A stretch of 64,000 bases of DNA from an uncultured bacterium (GCA_963729625.1 CAVSOU010000010.1:96001-160000); one strand, 5' to 3'; counted from the first letter of the stretch, positions 42,674 through 52,619 are shown. Notes: generated by a model from the sequence alone, not told the origin. Translations and numbers: made by a program.

Positions 42674-42743
42674 TGTACCTGGCTGTGCGTCTACGAGCCT
42701 GACGGCATACGACTCTTCACATCATGCCGAGAACGCGACTTAC

Positions 42744-43547
42744 TCACGACTTTCGATGTCGAAGCGCGAGCGTGCTGATTGATACACAAACGCAGACGAT
42801 GACGGCTTCGGTGATCAGCGAAGTCTGCCAGACCGCAAAGGGCAGCTGGGGGCTAAATGACGGGTCCTGGTGGTAGAGCAAAGCAGCGAGACCAAAGCCC
42901 GGATCGAGGTACGCTGCAAAGGGTGCAGTGGAATCGCTGATGTTGTCCACATAGCCCGCCTCATACAGGTAGATCGTAAGTAGTGCTAACCCGGCTACGA
43001 GCGCCAGGACGGCAAGGTAGGTGATGACGGTCGCCGCGCTCGATCTCCGAGTGAGCGTGCTGATCGCCAACCCGATGCTGCCGAAGCAGACAATTGACAC
43101 GATGTAGAGCAGCATCAGCTCCAATACCGTGTCCAGGCCAACTCCGCCAAACAGGAAGACAAGCGAGAAGACAGGCATAGCGCAGAGGATAAGCAGAAGG
43201 TCGAAGGCTATCGCCGCCAGGAGTTTTCCTGAGGCAATGCCGAGCGACGACAGCTTCGTCACGAGCAGCAGATCGAGCGTCTGCCGCTGCCGCTCGCCGC
43301 TGATCGCTCCAGCCGTGGCCGCTGGAGTTATGAACATGATGAGAGCACCCTGAAGAATGGCCAGGGTGTTGAAGAGGTTCAGACCCAGGGACCGTGCCTG
43401 GTTCGCACTGAATGTCTGCGCGTTCAAGCCGTTCGAGAGAACGGCGTAGCTCACCAGTGACAGCATGCAGAGGTAGAGCATCATGATGGCAGGGGATCGC
43501 CACCCACGCATACGGACGCGCAGTTCCTTGCGCAGAATAGGGATCAT
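42744..43547 (-). CDS. ABC-2 type permease
   Basis: PILRKELRVRMR, AGAISGERQRQTLDLLL, GKL; multiple TMs. Confidence 0.92.
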   Translation of the reverse strand: MIPILRKELRVRMRGWRSPAIMMLYLCMLSLVSYAVLSNGLNAQTFSANQARSLGLNLFNTLAILQGALIMFITPAATAGAISGERQRQTLDLLLVTKLSSLGIASGKLLAAIAFDLLLILCAMPVFSLVFLFGGVGLDTVLELMLLYIVSIVCFGSIGLAISTLTRRSSAATVITYLAVLALVAGLALLTIYLYEAGYVDNISDSTAPFAAYLDPGFGLAALLYHQDPSFSPQLPFAVWQTSLITEAVIVCVCVSISTLALRHRKS

Positions 43548-44569
43548 AACGCCGATGTCTCCGCGTCTGCGCTGGTGAGCTGCATGAAGACTTCCTCAAG
43601 GTTGTCGCGAATCGGGGCGAAGAACACCACCCCTAGCCCGTTCTCGACGAGCGCACGTAGCAGATCTCGGAGCGCCAAGTCGTCGGCCAGAGTGTGGAAC
43701 GCAACGGCACATATGTCCCCGGATAACGCTCCGTCGCTGTCAACCGTGTCCTCGCGTTTCTCGACAGCAGTGACTTCGGCACGGTCTTCGAGGAAGGATT
43801 CGACCGACGTGCGCTCGGCAATAGCCCGCAGCTCAATCCGCCGCCCGGCGCTCATGCCGCTGAGCACATCGCCAACCGGACCTTCGCGAATCAGCTTGCC
43901 TTGCTCCACGATGCCGATATGCGTGCAGATCTCGGCCAGCTCGAGCAGGATATGCGAGCTCAGAAGGACGGTCTTGCCCATCCGTCGCAGCTCCTTCACT
44001 ATCTCTCGCATTTCATAACGGGCGCGCGGATCCATGCCGGATGCTGGTTCGTCGAGGAGCAAGACCTGCGGATCGTGGACAAGGCAACGGGCCAGTCCCA
44101 GGCGCTGTTTCATGCCGCGCGAAAGCGACTCAACATAGGCAGTGCGCTTCTCGACCAGGTCGACGAGGTCAAGAAGGTCGCCAATGGTCGTCGTCCGCAC
44201 GCGGGACGGCACCGCGTACGCATCGGCGTAGAATTCGAGATACTCCTGGACCGTAAGGTCGTCGTACACTCCGAAGAAGTCCGGCATGTAGCCTAGCAGG
44301 CCCCGCACCTGAGCCGGGTGCTCCCACACGTCCAGTCCGCCGATCGCGCAAGAGCCCTTATCGGCTTCCAACAGCGTGGATAGGATGCGCATCGTCGTCG
44401 TCTTTCCGGCGCCATTTGGCCCGACGAAACCATAGATGCTCCCTCGCTTGACCGACATGGTGAGGCCGTCGACGGCCCGGACCTGACCGAACTGCTTCAC
44501 GAGGCCACGCACCGCGATCGCCTCGTCGGTTGGCGCCGGCAGCCGGTCGCTCGCATCACGTCCGATCAT
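43544..44569 (-). CDS. ABC transporter ATP-binding protein
   Basis: GPNGAGKTT, LSRGMKQR, LLDEPASGMDP, SSHIL. Confidence 0.96.
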   Translation of the reverse strand: MIGRDASDRLPAPTDEAIAVRGLVKQFGQVRAVDGLTMSVKRGSIYGFVGPNGAGKTTTMRILSTLLEADKGSCAIGGLDVWEHPAQVRGLLGYMPDFFGVYDDLTVQEYLEFYADAYAVPSRVRTTTIGDLLDLVDLVEKRTAYVESLSRGMKQRLGLARCLVHDPQVLLLDEPASGMDPRARYEMREIVKELRRMGKTVLLSSHILLELAEICTHIGIVEQGKLIREGPVGDVLSGMSAGRRIELRAIAERTSVESFLEDRAEVTAVEKREDTVDSDGALSGDICAVAFHTLADDLALRDLLRALVENGLGVVFFAPIRDNLEEVFMQLTSADAETSAL

Positions 44570-47148
44570 GGGCCTACGCGTCCAGTGACGCCGATGGCTA
44601 CACCATAGTTGGGATCACCGATGGTGAGCCCCGCCGTTTGAGCACTCATCCTGATCCGGATCACGCCGGCGCCGTCGACGTAGCGGGCAGGTCTGCTCAC
44701 ACGGACCTGTCCGCTTGTGATGTCCACGGGCATCCACCGAGCGGCAGTCCAGTCCCAGACGGCACAGGATTGTGAGCTGAGGGGGATGCCCGCTCCCGGC
44801 GACGACGCGACGATCGAAAGCGACGTCAACGGGACCCGATAGCCCGCGCTGGAAGCCTCCGGAAGTTGCGCGACGAACACCGCACTGCTGTTTGGAGCCA
44901 GGCTGATCCCGCTGTCACCGGCACTGGTCTGCAGGTCCTGGTCCGCGCCTGCCAGGCGGGCCGGCAGGGTGCCCGCGCCGAGCGCGAGAGTGCCGGCCGA
45001 CAGATGTAGCGGCAGGCTCTGCACGATCATGTTCGTGTCGCTCCGTTGCGGCACGGCCCCATTGACGCGCAGCGCTTCAAGCTGATCGGATGTCCACCCG
45101 ATCGCAAGTACGTTGTTGAACGCCGCCGCGTTTGTGCTCCCGAGCACCGCCTGAGAGATGCGCTGGAAGCGCTCACCGGTTGATTCTCCGGGGTTCAATG
45201 GAATTGCCGGTCCGGCGGCCAGCAGGTGTGCGCTCCCATCGAGCAACAGCGAGACCGGTGCCCGCACCAACGCGAGGCCGGCACCGCCCAACTGTGTCGT
45301 CATGGGCGGCCGTGGCACGACGGCGCCAAGGCTGCCGTATTGAGTTGAAATGTCCCCCTGGCTCTGACCGCCCAATCCCATACTCAGTGAGACTGCACGT
45401 ACTGCGCCCGGCGCCACATCCCCCAAGGACTGAATCGATCCGTCAGGTGCCTGGACGAGCACACCGTGGATGCTCGTCGGTCCGGCATTCACAATGGTTC
45501 CGACAATTACTCCAGCGCGGGAGAGCGTGAGATTCGAACCGAGCGAAGGCCGCCTGGGGATAGTCAGAGCAAATGAAACACTCCTGGACGACCAGCTGGA
45601 TATGCCGGGCAGCGTACTCTGAGTGCTATCTTCGGCAATAAGCACTTGACTTGCTGCATTGCCGATGTCCGGTGGAGCCCCGTTCTGCACGTTGTAGAAC
45701 AGGGGGGCGGCAAGGCTGCTTGGGCTGTCCAAGGAGAGTGTGTAGTCTCCCGACGTCGGCGCTATCAGGCCAACATACATTTGGCCCAAATCGGTGCTCG
45801 AGTCCGGCGCCTCATATTCGACACTGACCATGCTTGCCCGCAACTCCCGGCCCCTGACGATATACGAGCCGACGATAAGCGTCGCGACGAGAATCACGGC
45901 CAGTCCCGGCAGCGTCGCCCAGCTCAGACTTCTGCGCCTCAGCCTTTGAAGAACGACGAAGTTGACCGGGAGCAAGGCGAAGACGTATACGCCCAGAAGA
46001 ACGACGAAGAGCGAGATTGACGGGGGCTCTATGCTGCTTATCTCACTATTGAGGCTGCTCTGCGTGTTGGTGATGCCAGTCCCGGCGAAGGATGTGGCCA
46101 GCGTTGATCCACCGGCTCGCACCGTGGCTGTAAGCAGTATCCAAAAATTCTGAAGGCCCGGCCACGAGGCGATCGGCGCGAGTGTAGGATCGATGGCACT
46201 GTACACGACCGATCCCCAGCCCAGGTCGCGCCCCGTCACAAGAGGTCTGCCTCGAGCCCGATCTCCGATTCCAACGACAGTCGCGGACTGGTCGTCGAGC
46301 AAGACACGCGCATTCGCGGGTTGTGCGATGGCGGCCACGATTCCGCCGCCCGGGAGTACGACGCGGCTGAAGGCGCTCAACGCGGGAACCCCGGATAGCA
46401 CAATCGGTGAGCGTATTCCCGCCACGCGGAGTTCCGGTGGAAGCCCGCTCATGACCGCCGGGGCTGTCGGGCCGCCAATGGCGACGAGCACGCCGCCGAG
46501 ATGAACCCACGTAGCCAGCGCGTCTGCTTGATCCTGGCCGAGCGATGTCGTGTCAAAGTTCTCGACGATTATCGCGTCGAGGCTAGCCAGAGCAAACGGT
46601 GACGGATCCATTGACGCAGCAGTGAGCGGCACAACGCGAAGCTGTATGCCGCCCAGCGATCCACCAAAGCTCTTCAGCTGCACATACGCCGCCGGAGTCC
46701 TCGACAGCACGCCGATGAACTCGGTCGCCGTCGAGATCTGACCCACGTTTGCCGTTTGGCGCTCAATCAGACGACCCTGAGCAGACAGATCAACCGTGAC
46801 AGCGGGCCCCAGGTCGACACCAGGCACATACAGCACGATGTCTTTGACGCTGCCGTCGGGTAGCACGACGGTACGCGTATAGGTCACACGATTATACGGC
46901 AGCACGGTTGGAAACTGCTGCGCCGCATCGTCGATACGAACTGTGCCGACGAATCCGCCACCACGGTTCGCAATTCGAATGTGGACAGGGAGAAACGATG
47001 ATGGCCGATAGTAGCCGCCGTAGCCGGCCCAGATCTGCATTTGGACGGAAGAAGTGGCCGCATGAGTCGACGGCGCATCCGCGGCGAGCGCAAACACCGG
47101 CGCGCATACAACCAGTATGAGTAGGAGTTGACGACAGGCGGCCATCAT
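44566..47148 (-). CDS. Large exported/membrane protein, first gene of the ABC-MoxR operon
   Basis: Signal-like N-terminus, WVHLGGVLVAIGG GATase-like segment, two central TMs (PVNFVVL..LRR..W.TLP). Confidence 0.8.
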   Translation of the reverse strand: MMAACRQLLLILVVCAPVFALAADAPSTHAATSSVQMQIWAGYGGYYRPSSFLPVHIRIANRGGGFVGTVRIDDAAQQFPTVLPYNRVTYTRTVVLPDGSVKDIVLYVPGVDLGPAVTVDLSAQGRLIERQTANVGQISTATEFIGVLSRTPAAYVQLKSFGGSLGGIQLRVVPLTAASMDPSPFALASLDAIIVENFDTTSLGQDQADALATWVHLGGVLVAIGGPTAPAVMSGLPPELRVAGIRSPIVLSGVPALSAFSRVVLPGGGIVAAIAQPANARVLLDDQSATVVGIGDRARGRPLVTGRDLGWGSVVYSAIDPTLAPIASWPGLQNFWILLTATVRAGGSTLATSFAGTGITNTQSSLNSEISSIEPPSISLFVVLLGVYVFALLPVNFVVLQRLRRRSLSWATLPGLAVILVATLIVGSYIVRGRELRASMVSVEYEAPDSSTDLGQMYVGLIAPTSGDYTLSLDSPSSLAAPLFYNVQNGAPPDIGNAASQVLIAEDSTQSTLPGISSWSSRSVSFALTIPRRPSLGSNLTLSRAGVIVGTIVNAGPTSIHGVLVQAPDGSIQSLGDVAPGAVRAVSLSMGLGGQSQGDISTQYGSLGAVVPRPPMTTQLGGAGLALVRAPVSLLLDGSAHLLAAGPAIPLNPGESTGERFQRISQAVLGSTNAAAFNNVLAIGWTSDQLEALRVNGAVPQRSDTNMIVQSLPLHLSAGTLALGAGTLPARLAGADQDLQTSAGDSGISLAPNSSAVFVAQLPEASSAGYRVPLTSLSIVASSPGAGIPLSSQSCAVWDWTAARWMPVDITSGQVRVSRPARYVDGAGVIRIRMSAQTAGLTIGDPNYGVAIGVTGRVGP

Positions 47149-47289
47149 GACGCGGTGTTCCCCTGAATTGGCCCAAGCCGAAGCACCCCAGGGTAGAGAT
47201 ACCCTGGAACAGTTTGGCGGCAGCCACCGGACATAGAACAACGCCCAGCTCCGGGCATCCGTTGCGCCGTGTCGCGCACGCTAAAGGGT

Positions 47290-47314
47290 ATTACACTGTC
47301 TGATCTAGTGTAAT
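47290..47314. promoter_or_regulatory. AT-rich palindrome, candidate operator
   Basis: ATTACACT-N9-AGTGTAAT perfect inverted repeat upstream of the operon. Confidence 0.5.
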
Positions 47315-47385
47315 CCGGCCGCGGCTAAGTAGCGCGGGACGGCGACAGTCGGGCGCACACATGGTATGAATGCGTGCGGACGGCT

Positions 47386-49233
47386 CTAGCTCCCGATTTT
47401 GGCGATTAGCTGTGCCGCCGTTTTGCGAGCGAGATTCGACGGAATCGCGAAGAAGATGCCCTGCGTCTCCTTCTGGCTGAGCGTGTTGACGCCGACCACA
47501 TTGAACTTCTCATCCAGAAGCGGTCCGCCACTGTTTCCGTGATTGATGAAGCTCTGATGCTGTATCCAGACCGGACCGTAGCCGTCCTGGAGATCTCGGC
47601 CGAGAGCGGAGATCGCACCCTCCGTTGCCGTAGGAGGACCGGGCAGGTCGAAGGCGTCACCGTAGCCGATGCTGACCACCTTCTGGAGCACGTGCAGCTT
47701 GTCGGAGTCGGCCCAAGGCAGTGGCTTGAGGCCGGTCGGCTGAAGCTTGACGACTGCCAGGTCACCCGCGGTACCGGCCTCGGCAGTGTTCTCGACCACA
47801 GCAAGGGCCTGGTACGTGGTATTGCCGTCCGGACTCATGGCGGTGGTTCCCTTGACGGTTCCCCCGTCGACGACATGCTTGTTCGTGATCAGGTACGTTC
47901 CAGTCGAATCCGATCTGATGACAAAGCCTGTGCCTTCGGCTTCCATGTTATTCGGCAGCGAGACGTGCAGGCGGAGAATACTCGGCTCGATGCACGTCGC
48001 GATCACGTCGGATTGGCGACACACCGGCACTTTGACCGTCCGGCTTCCAACGCCAAAGAATGTGCTGGCCAGCACCTGGCCTCCGACAACGAGATCGGCG
48101 CGGTATGCGCCGTCGGGCCATGCGCCGACCGGAGCCTGCACGGGCGATATCTGCAGGCCATCTTTATAGGACGTGACGTACGGGCCATGCGTCACTACGA
48201 CCTGACCGCCGTGATTCCTGACCACCACGGTGTACTCCGTGACCTTGGGCACGGCATTCAGGTATTCGAAGTAGAACGCCACCACCTTTGTTCCCGAAAG
48301 AAACGTCGTGGTCTTCGTTGGGCGGGTCGCGGTAGAGCTCTTTGCCCATGCCTGTCCGGCAGCCTCAGTGGCAGGGTAGAGGATCCCGATGCTCACGGTC
48401 TGCCCGCCGACGACGAACGTCGTATGATGCTGCACCTTGCCGTCGAGGAAGAGGCTGGCGGAGTACGGTCCCGCGGGATACGCTTTGGCGTCGGGCGCGA
48501 GGACGTACCGCATGACCAGGCCATTCTTGTAGGACACTGCAAAAGGGCCTCGGCTCGTGTACAAGGAGCCAGTCGGGCCATAGATAGCGATCTTGTACTG
48601 CGTGACTTTTGGCGTCGCGTTCGTGTATTCGAAGTAGAACGCTACGATCGATGTCCCGGCAGAGAACTTCGCCGTCGGCGGCGGAGGCGCGGCGCTCGTG
48701 CTGGCGTTCCACGCATCGTACGCGCCTTTTGTGGCGGTGTAGAAGACCGACGCCGCCACCTTCGAAGTGCTGCCGACGGTGAACGATGTGCTCTCGACCT
48801 TGGCCCTGTTCACGAGCAGGTCGGCAGTGAACGCGCCATTGGAGAAGGCCGTCGTGGGGGCGTCAATTGCCTCCATGTGGAGCGCAGCGTTGTGATCGGT
48901 GGTGAACGGCCCGTCGGTGACCACGCTGGTGCCGGCGCTGTTCTTGATGACGATCGTAAACGTCGTGGAGTGCGCGGTCGCGCCATCGTACTCAAAATAG
49001 AATCCGACGGTGGCCGTGCCCGAAGCGAAGACGGTCGTCTTCGGCGGACGCGCGTCAGACTTACTGGAGTTCCAGGCGTCGTACGCGGCCTTCGTCGTCG
49101 GATAGAAGATGGAGACAGATGCACTCGAAGCCGGGCGCGCCGCCGCGGGCAACGTTGGCGTCGCCGCGAAGAGCAGAAGAATCATCGAGATCAATCGGCA
49201 TGTTCGCGGCCATGGGATGCGGATATTCCTCAC
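47386..49233 (-). CDS. Secreted trypsin-like (S1C/HtrA-like) serine protease with three N-terminal repeats, no PDZ
   Basis: Signal peptide; TNKHVV, DLAVVKL, GNSGGPL triad; GTG 49233 after GGAG. Confidence 0.9.
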   Translation of the reverse strand: MRNIRIPWPRTCRLISMILLLFAATPTLPAAARPASSASVSIFYPTTKAAYDAWNSSKSDARPPKTTVFASGTATVGFYFEYDGATAHSTTFTIVIKNSAGTSVVTDGPFTTDHNAALHMEAIDAPTTAFSNGAFTADLLVNRAKVESTSFTVGSTSKVAASVFYTATKGAYDAWNASTSAAPPPPTAKFSAGTSIVAFYFEYTNATPKVTQYKIAIYGPTGSLYTSRGPFAVSYKNGLVMRYVLAPDAKAYPAGPYSASLFLDGKVQHHTTFVVGGQTVSIGILYPATEAAGQAWAKSSTATRPTKTTTFLSGTKVVAFYFEYLNAVPKVTEYTVVVRNHGGQVVVTHGPYVTSYKDGLQISPVQAPVGAWPDGAYRADLVVGGQVLASTFFGVGSRTVKVPVCRQSDVIATCIEPSILRLHVSLPNNMEAEGTGFVIRSDSTGTYLITNKHVVDGGTVKGTTAMSPDGNTTYQALAVVENTAEAGTAGDLAVVKLQPTGLKPLPWADSDKLHVLQKVVSIGYGDAFDLPGPPTATEGAISALGRDLQDGYGPVWIQHQSFINHGNSGGPLLDEKFNVVGVNTLSQKETQGIFFAIPSNLARKTAAQLIAKIGS

Positions 49234-49305
49234 GTTGCGTCTCCATGTTCCTGTCGCCCATTTGGGCTGCGTCCAATACTCGAAAGTAGTCAGGCATTGC
49301 CTGCT

Positions 49306-49314
49306 ACTGTACCA
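49306..49314 (-). promoter_or_regulatory. Extended -10 promoter for the protease gene
   Basis: TGgTACAGT on minus strand. Confidence 0.45.
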
Positions 49315-49515
49315 CGAGTTTCCGAAGGGAGCAGCCCTCCCATCAGTCCTGCAGTCGGCGCCAGGCACACGCGAGCCCCCTCGCGCACAGTCTGGATGGT
49401 GCACGATCACGTTCCATGGTCCGCCATGCCACACTCGGGGAACCGGCAGCGCGCAGCGCTGTTGTCTGAAGACGTCGTCGTATCGATCTTGGTCCGAGCG
49501 CTCGGTTTGCCCGGG

Positions 49516-50541
49516 TTACGCGACTGCCGTGGTATCCGACAGCTCAGCCCTGTAGCCATATGCCTGGAACAGGGTAGTAAGCAGCATCCTCGCCTCTCGC
49601 AGATTCGCCTGGCCCGTGGTGTTGCTGTCGTCGCTCAGGATCTGATTGAACAGAGCGACAAACCACTCCGGGTGATAGGACGAGTCGGAAAGGCGTTCAG
49701 CATACGGTCGAACCTCCTCACCGTCGTCAGTGCGAATAACGAGCCTGTCATCCTCGATTGCTATGCTACCCCTGGTCCCCTTTATCTCTCCATCATTGGT
49801 CCGCGCCGGCGCTGCCCAGGACAGCTCGATGCGTCCAGTCGCCCCAGGAAAGTCAAAATCGAGCGTAGCGACATCCTCAACGGGCAGGTGAACCGGCGCT
49901 ACCGTATCCAGTTTCGCTCGTACCTTGTCGGGGTTCGTGCCAATCCAGTTTGCCATCAGGTACAGCTGATGCCACCCGTGATCAAGGACAATCCCGCCCC
50001 CCGCGTACTTGGGATCGGTTCGCCAGCGAGGCTGCCAGCTCGAGACACCCAACGCACAGTCGGGACGCAGCGTCCGAAGCTGTACGTGGGTCACCGGCCC
50101 GATCGTGCCATCGCGCAGCACGGCGCTCACCAAGCGATGCAGATCACTGTGAAACCAGCTGTTGACCGTATAGACCTGCGAACTGGAAAGCGCGCGCGCG
50201 GACGCGATCGTTCGGTACTCGCAGGGAGCAGCGGTGAGCGGTTTCTCGCACACGATGCGACGGATCCCTGCCGAGCAGCCCGCAACGATACTTGGAGCAT
50301 GATCGTTAGGCGGCGTACAGACATCAAGGACATCAAGCGTCTCTTTTCGGAGCATGTCGGCGCAGGTTCCGTAGACATGCGCGTGAGGGAATGCCTCAAG
50401 GGCAGTTGCGCGCCGGACAGGGCACGTATCGGCGACGGCCACTATATCGGCAGATGGCAGAGCCATCCACGCAGGTGCATGCGCCGACTCGGCGATCTTC
50501 CCAAACCCCACGATGCCTACCCGATGTATCCTGCTTTTCAT
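49516..50541 (-). CDS. Gfo/Idh/MocA oxidoreductase
   Basis: GIVGFGKIA, CTPP..H, CEKPL, GGGIVLDHGWH. Confidence 0.93.
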   Translation of the reverse strand: MKSRIHRVGIVGFGKIAESAHAPAWMALPSADIVAVADTCPVRRATALEAFPHAHVYGTCADMLRKETLDVLDVCTPPNDHAPSIVAGCSAGIRRIVCEKPLTAAPCEYRTIASARALSSSQVYTVNSWFHSDLHRLVSAVLRDGTIGPVTHVQLRTLRPDCALGVSSWQPRWRTDPKYAGGGIVLDHGWHQLYLMANWIGTNPDKVRAKLDTVAPVHLPVEDVATLDFDFPGATGRIELSWAAPARTNDGEIKGTRGSIAIEDDRLVIRTDDGEEVRPYAERLSDSSYHPEWFVALFNQILSDDSNTTGQANLREARMLLTTLFQAYGYRAELSDTTAVA

Positions 50542-50561
50542 ACTCTCCGACGGACTCCCAG

Positions 50562-51890
50562 CTACACTGTGGTGCCTGACAGCACTGCCTCAATAACATC
50601 CAGACCAGCCGATGCATCTTCTTTCGAAATGACCAGTGGCGGATTGATGCGCAGCGCCGTACCGCTCGGCATGACGAGCACACCCTTGCCAAGAATATTA
50701 GAGAACACCGCTCGCATCTGATCGCGAGTCAAACCTGCCTTTGACCTCGAGTTGCGCACCAGTTCGACGCCCAACAGGAGACCCTTGCCCCGAACATCCC
50801 CAATGATCGGCGATCGCTGAGCGATTTCGCGAAGGCGATTGAGCATGAAGTCGCCGACCCCGCTTGCACGATCTCCCAACGATTCCTGGCGGAGTACGCG
50901 GAGCGTGGCCAACGCCGCAGCACAGGCGAGCGCATTACCACCGTAGCTGGAGCTGTTTCCACTGGGCTTGGCCCAGGGCTGCGCGCTGGCAATATCTTCA
51001 CGCGCTGCCACCCCGCTGATCGGATACCCGTTGCCAAACCCTTTTCCCATAACCAGGATGTCGGGCTCCACGCCTTCGTCATGCATGAAGGCGAAAGCTT
51101 TCCCTGTGCGATAGAAGCCGGTAATCATCTCGTCAACAATGAGCAGGGCACCGATCTCGCGCGCAACCTTCTGAACTTCGGCGAGAAAGCCCGCGGGAGG
51201 CACGACATTACCACCGCGGCCCTGAACAGGTTCGACAATGATCGCGGCAATCTCACGATTCGTTCCATGCTCAATCGATTCTCGCAGGAATCGAACACTC
51301 TCGACCGCGCAGTCGGTCCCAGGTCCGAAAACGTTCCGGTAGGGATTTGCATATGGCACCGCGTGCGTGCCGGGCGCAGGCAAGCCATACCCCGACTGCT
51401 CGCCCTCGGAGAGCGGCCGCGTGCCGTCGGTCTTGCCGTGATAGCCGCCCCAGAACCCGACGATGGTAGACTTCTTCGTGGCGCACCGCGCAAGCCGAAG
51501 CGCGGCCTCGACAGCTTCGGCCCCGCCACTGTAGAACTGCATGCGATTCAGGTGGGTGGGAAGGATCGCGCGCAGCTCTTCCAGTAGCTCGACACGCGCC
51601 TCGGAGGTGAAGGATCCGGCAGCGAGTTTCGCCGCCTGCCGCGCTATCGCCTCCGCATGCGCCGGATGGCCGTGCCCGATGCTGCACACTCCGATTCCTG
51701 CCATGAAGTCGATAATGCCGTTTCCGTCGACATCCCAGAGCACAGCGCCCCGACCATGGCTGAAGGACACGCGGGCCCACTGCGTAACACTCTGCAAACC
51801 CGGAGCGACTATCGACTCTTCGCGCCTCCACAGAGCGAGCGACCGAGGACCAGGGATCGTCGTGCGCACGAGAGGGAGAGACGCCTGCAT
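50562..51890 (-). CDS. Class III PLP aminotransferase
   Basis: DVDGN..IDF, SGGAEAVEAA, YHG, EPVQG.GG, DEMITGFYRTG, GKGFGNG. Confidence 0.94.
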   Translation of the reverse strand: MQASLPLVRTTIPGPRSLALWRREESIVAPGLQSVTQWARVSFSHGRGAVLWDVDGNGIIDFMAGIGVCSIGHGHPAHAEAIARQAAKLAAGSFTSEARVELLEELRAILPTHLNRMQFYSGGAEAVEAALRLARCATKKSTIVGFWGGYHGKTDGTRPLSEGEQSGYGLPAPGTHAVPYANPYRNVFGPGTDCAVESVRFLRESIEHGTNREIAAIIVEPVQGRGGNVVPPAGFLAEVQKVAREIGALLIVDEMITGFYRTGKAFAFMHDEGVEPDILVMGKGFGNGYPISGVAAREDIASAQPWAKPSGNSSSYGGNALACAAALATLRVLRQESLGDRASGVGDFMLNRLREIAQRSPIIGDVRGKGLLLGVELVRNSRSKAGLTRDQMRAVFSNILGKGVLVMPSGTALRINPPLVISKEDASAGLDVIEAVLSGTTV

Positions 51891-51928
51891 CAACACTCCT
51901 CGGTTCAAAGGTCGTAGCGTGCGGTCGG

Positions 51929-51957
51929 AACATAGCATGTCGCTTACGGACGGTCAA
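51929..51957 (-). promoter_or_regulatory. Sigma70 promoter for aminotransferase-oxidoreductase operon
   Basis: TTGACC-17 nt-TATGTT with TG extension. Confidence 0.6.
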
Positions 51958-51971
51958 TGCAAAATGGGCCG

Positions 51972-51983
51972 GGAAACATTTCC
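51972..51983. promoter_or_regulatory. LacI-family-like operator
   Basis: GGAAACATTTCC near-perfect palindrome just upstream of the -35. Confidence 0.45.
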
Positions 51984-52187
51984 ATTTTTTGCCGATGAGC
52001 GAGCACGTACTACCGCAGCCGGTCGAAGCCGCCGCCAGAGTGTGCGCTCGAGCCGACCGCTGCCATTTTGTACGCGGCGCAGGGCTGCGGGCATCCGGCG
52101 GCAATTCACGCCGTCGGGCCGGTCGGACAGCCGCCGTCCGATTCGGATTTCCTCTTGCGCCTTGCAGTCGCCGCGGAGTGCTTCGGG

Positions 52188-52619
52188 CTAGGCCTGAATA
52201 GTCACTTGTGCCCGATGCTGGGCCGGTCCGGTCTTCCGAACTGCCGTGCCGGTCGCGGTGACCTCCATCCACTCATTGTTATGGAGATACTCAATCTTTA
52301 TCTCAACTCCGACGACAGAATCGGCGCCGAGTGAATCGGCCTCCGCCTGCATGCGTTGCAGCGCAAGCTCGCGCGCATCATACATCAGTTGGGTGACTTC
52401 CTTGATCTCGCCTTTGAAGTTGGCCTTGAAGCCCGCGAGCCAGTTACGCATGGCGCCCATTGAGTAGACACAGTTCCCGAGCACGAGCCCGAGCACCTGG
52501 AAACCCGCGTCATTAACCAGCCAGAACTCCTGGCCCGAAAGGTCTGAAGTGGCGGCATGCGGTCCCGCTGCAGGCACTGCTACCTGGCCGGCTTCTTGGT
52601 CGCGTCCATGACCGAACAT
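52188..52619 (-). CDS. YbjQ/UPF0145 heavy-metal-binding-domain protein
   Basis: GEI..TQLMYDARELALQRMQAEA..LGADSVVGV, TATGTAV. Confidence 0.88.
   Translation of the reverse strand: MFGHGRDQEAGQVAVPAAGPHAATSDLSGQEFWLVNDAGFQVLGLVLGNCVYSMGAMRNWLAGFKANFKGEIKEVTQLMYDARELALQRMQAEADSLGADSVVGVEIKIEYLHNNEWMEVTATGTAVRKTGPAQHRAQVTIQA

Noticed and set aside
47539-50721. 1060-aa plus-strand ORF
   Set aside because: It is the codon-register antisense frame of both the protease and the oxidoreductase (same phase) and ends soon after entering the out-of-phase aminotransferase. Arg/Gly/His-rich with no motifs: a high-GC shadow ORF.
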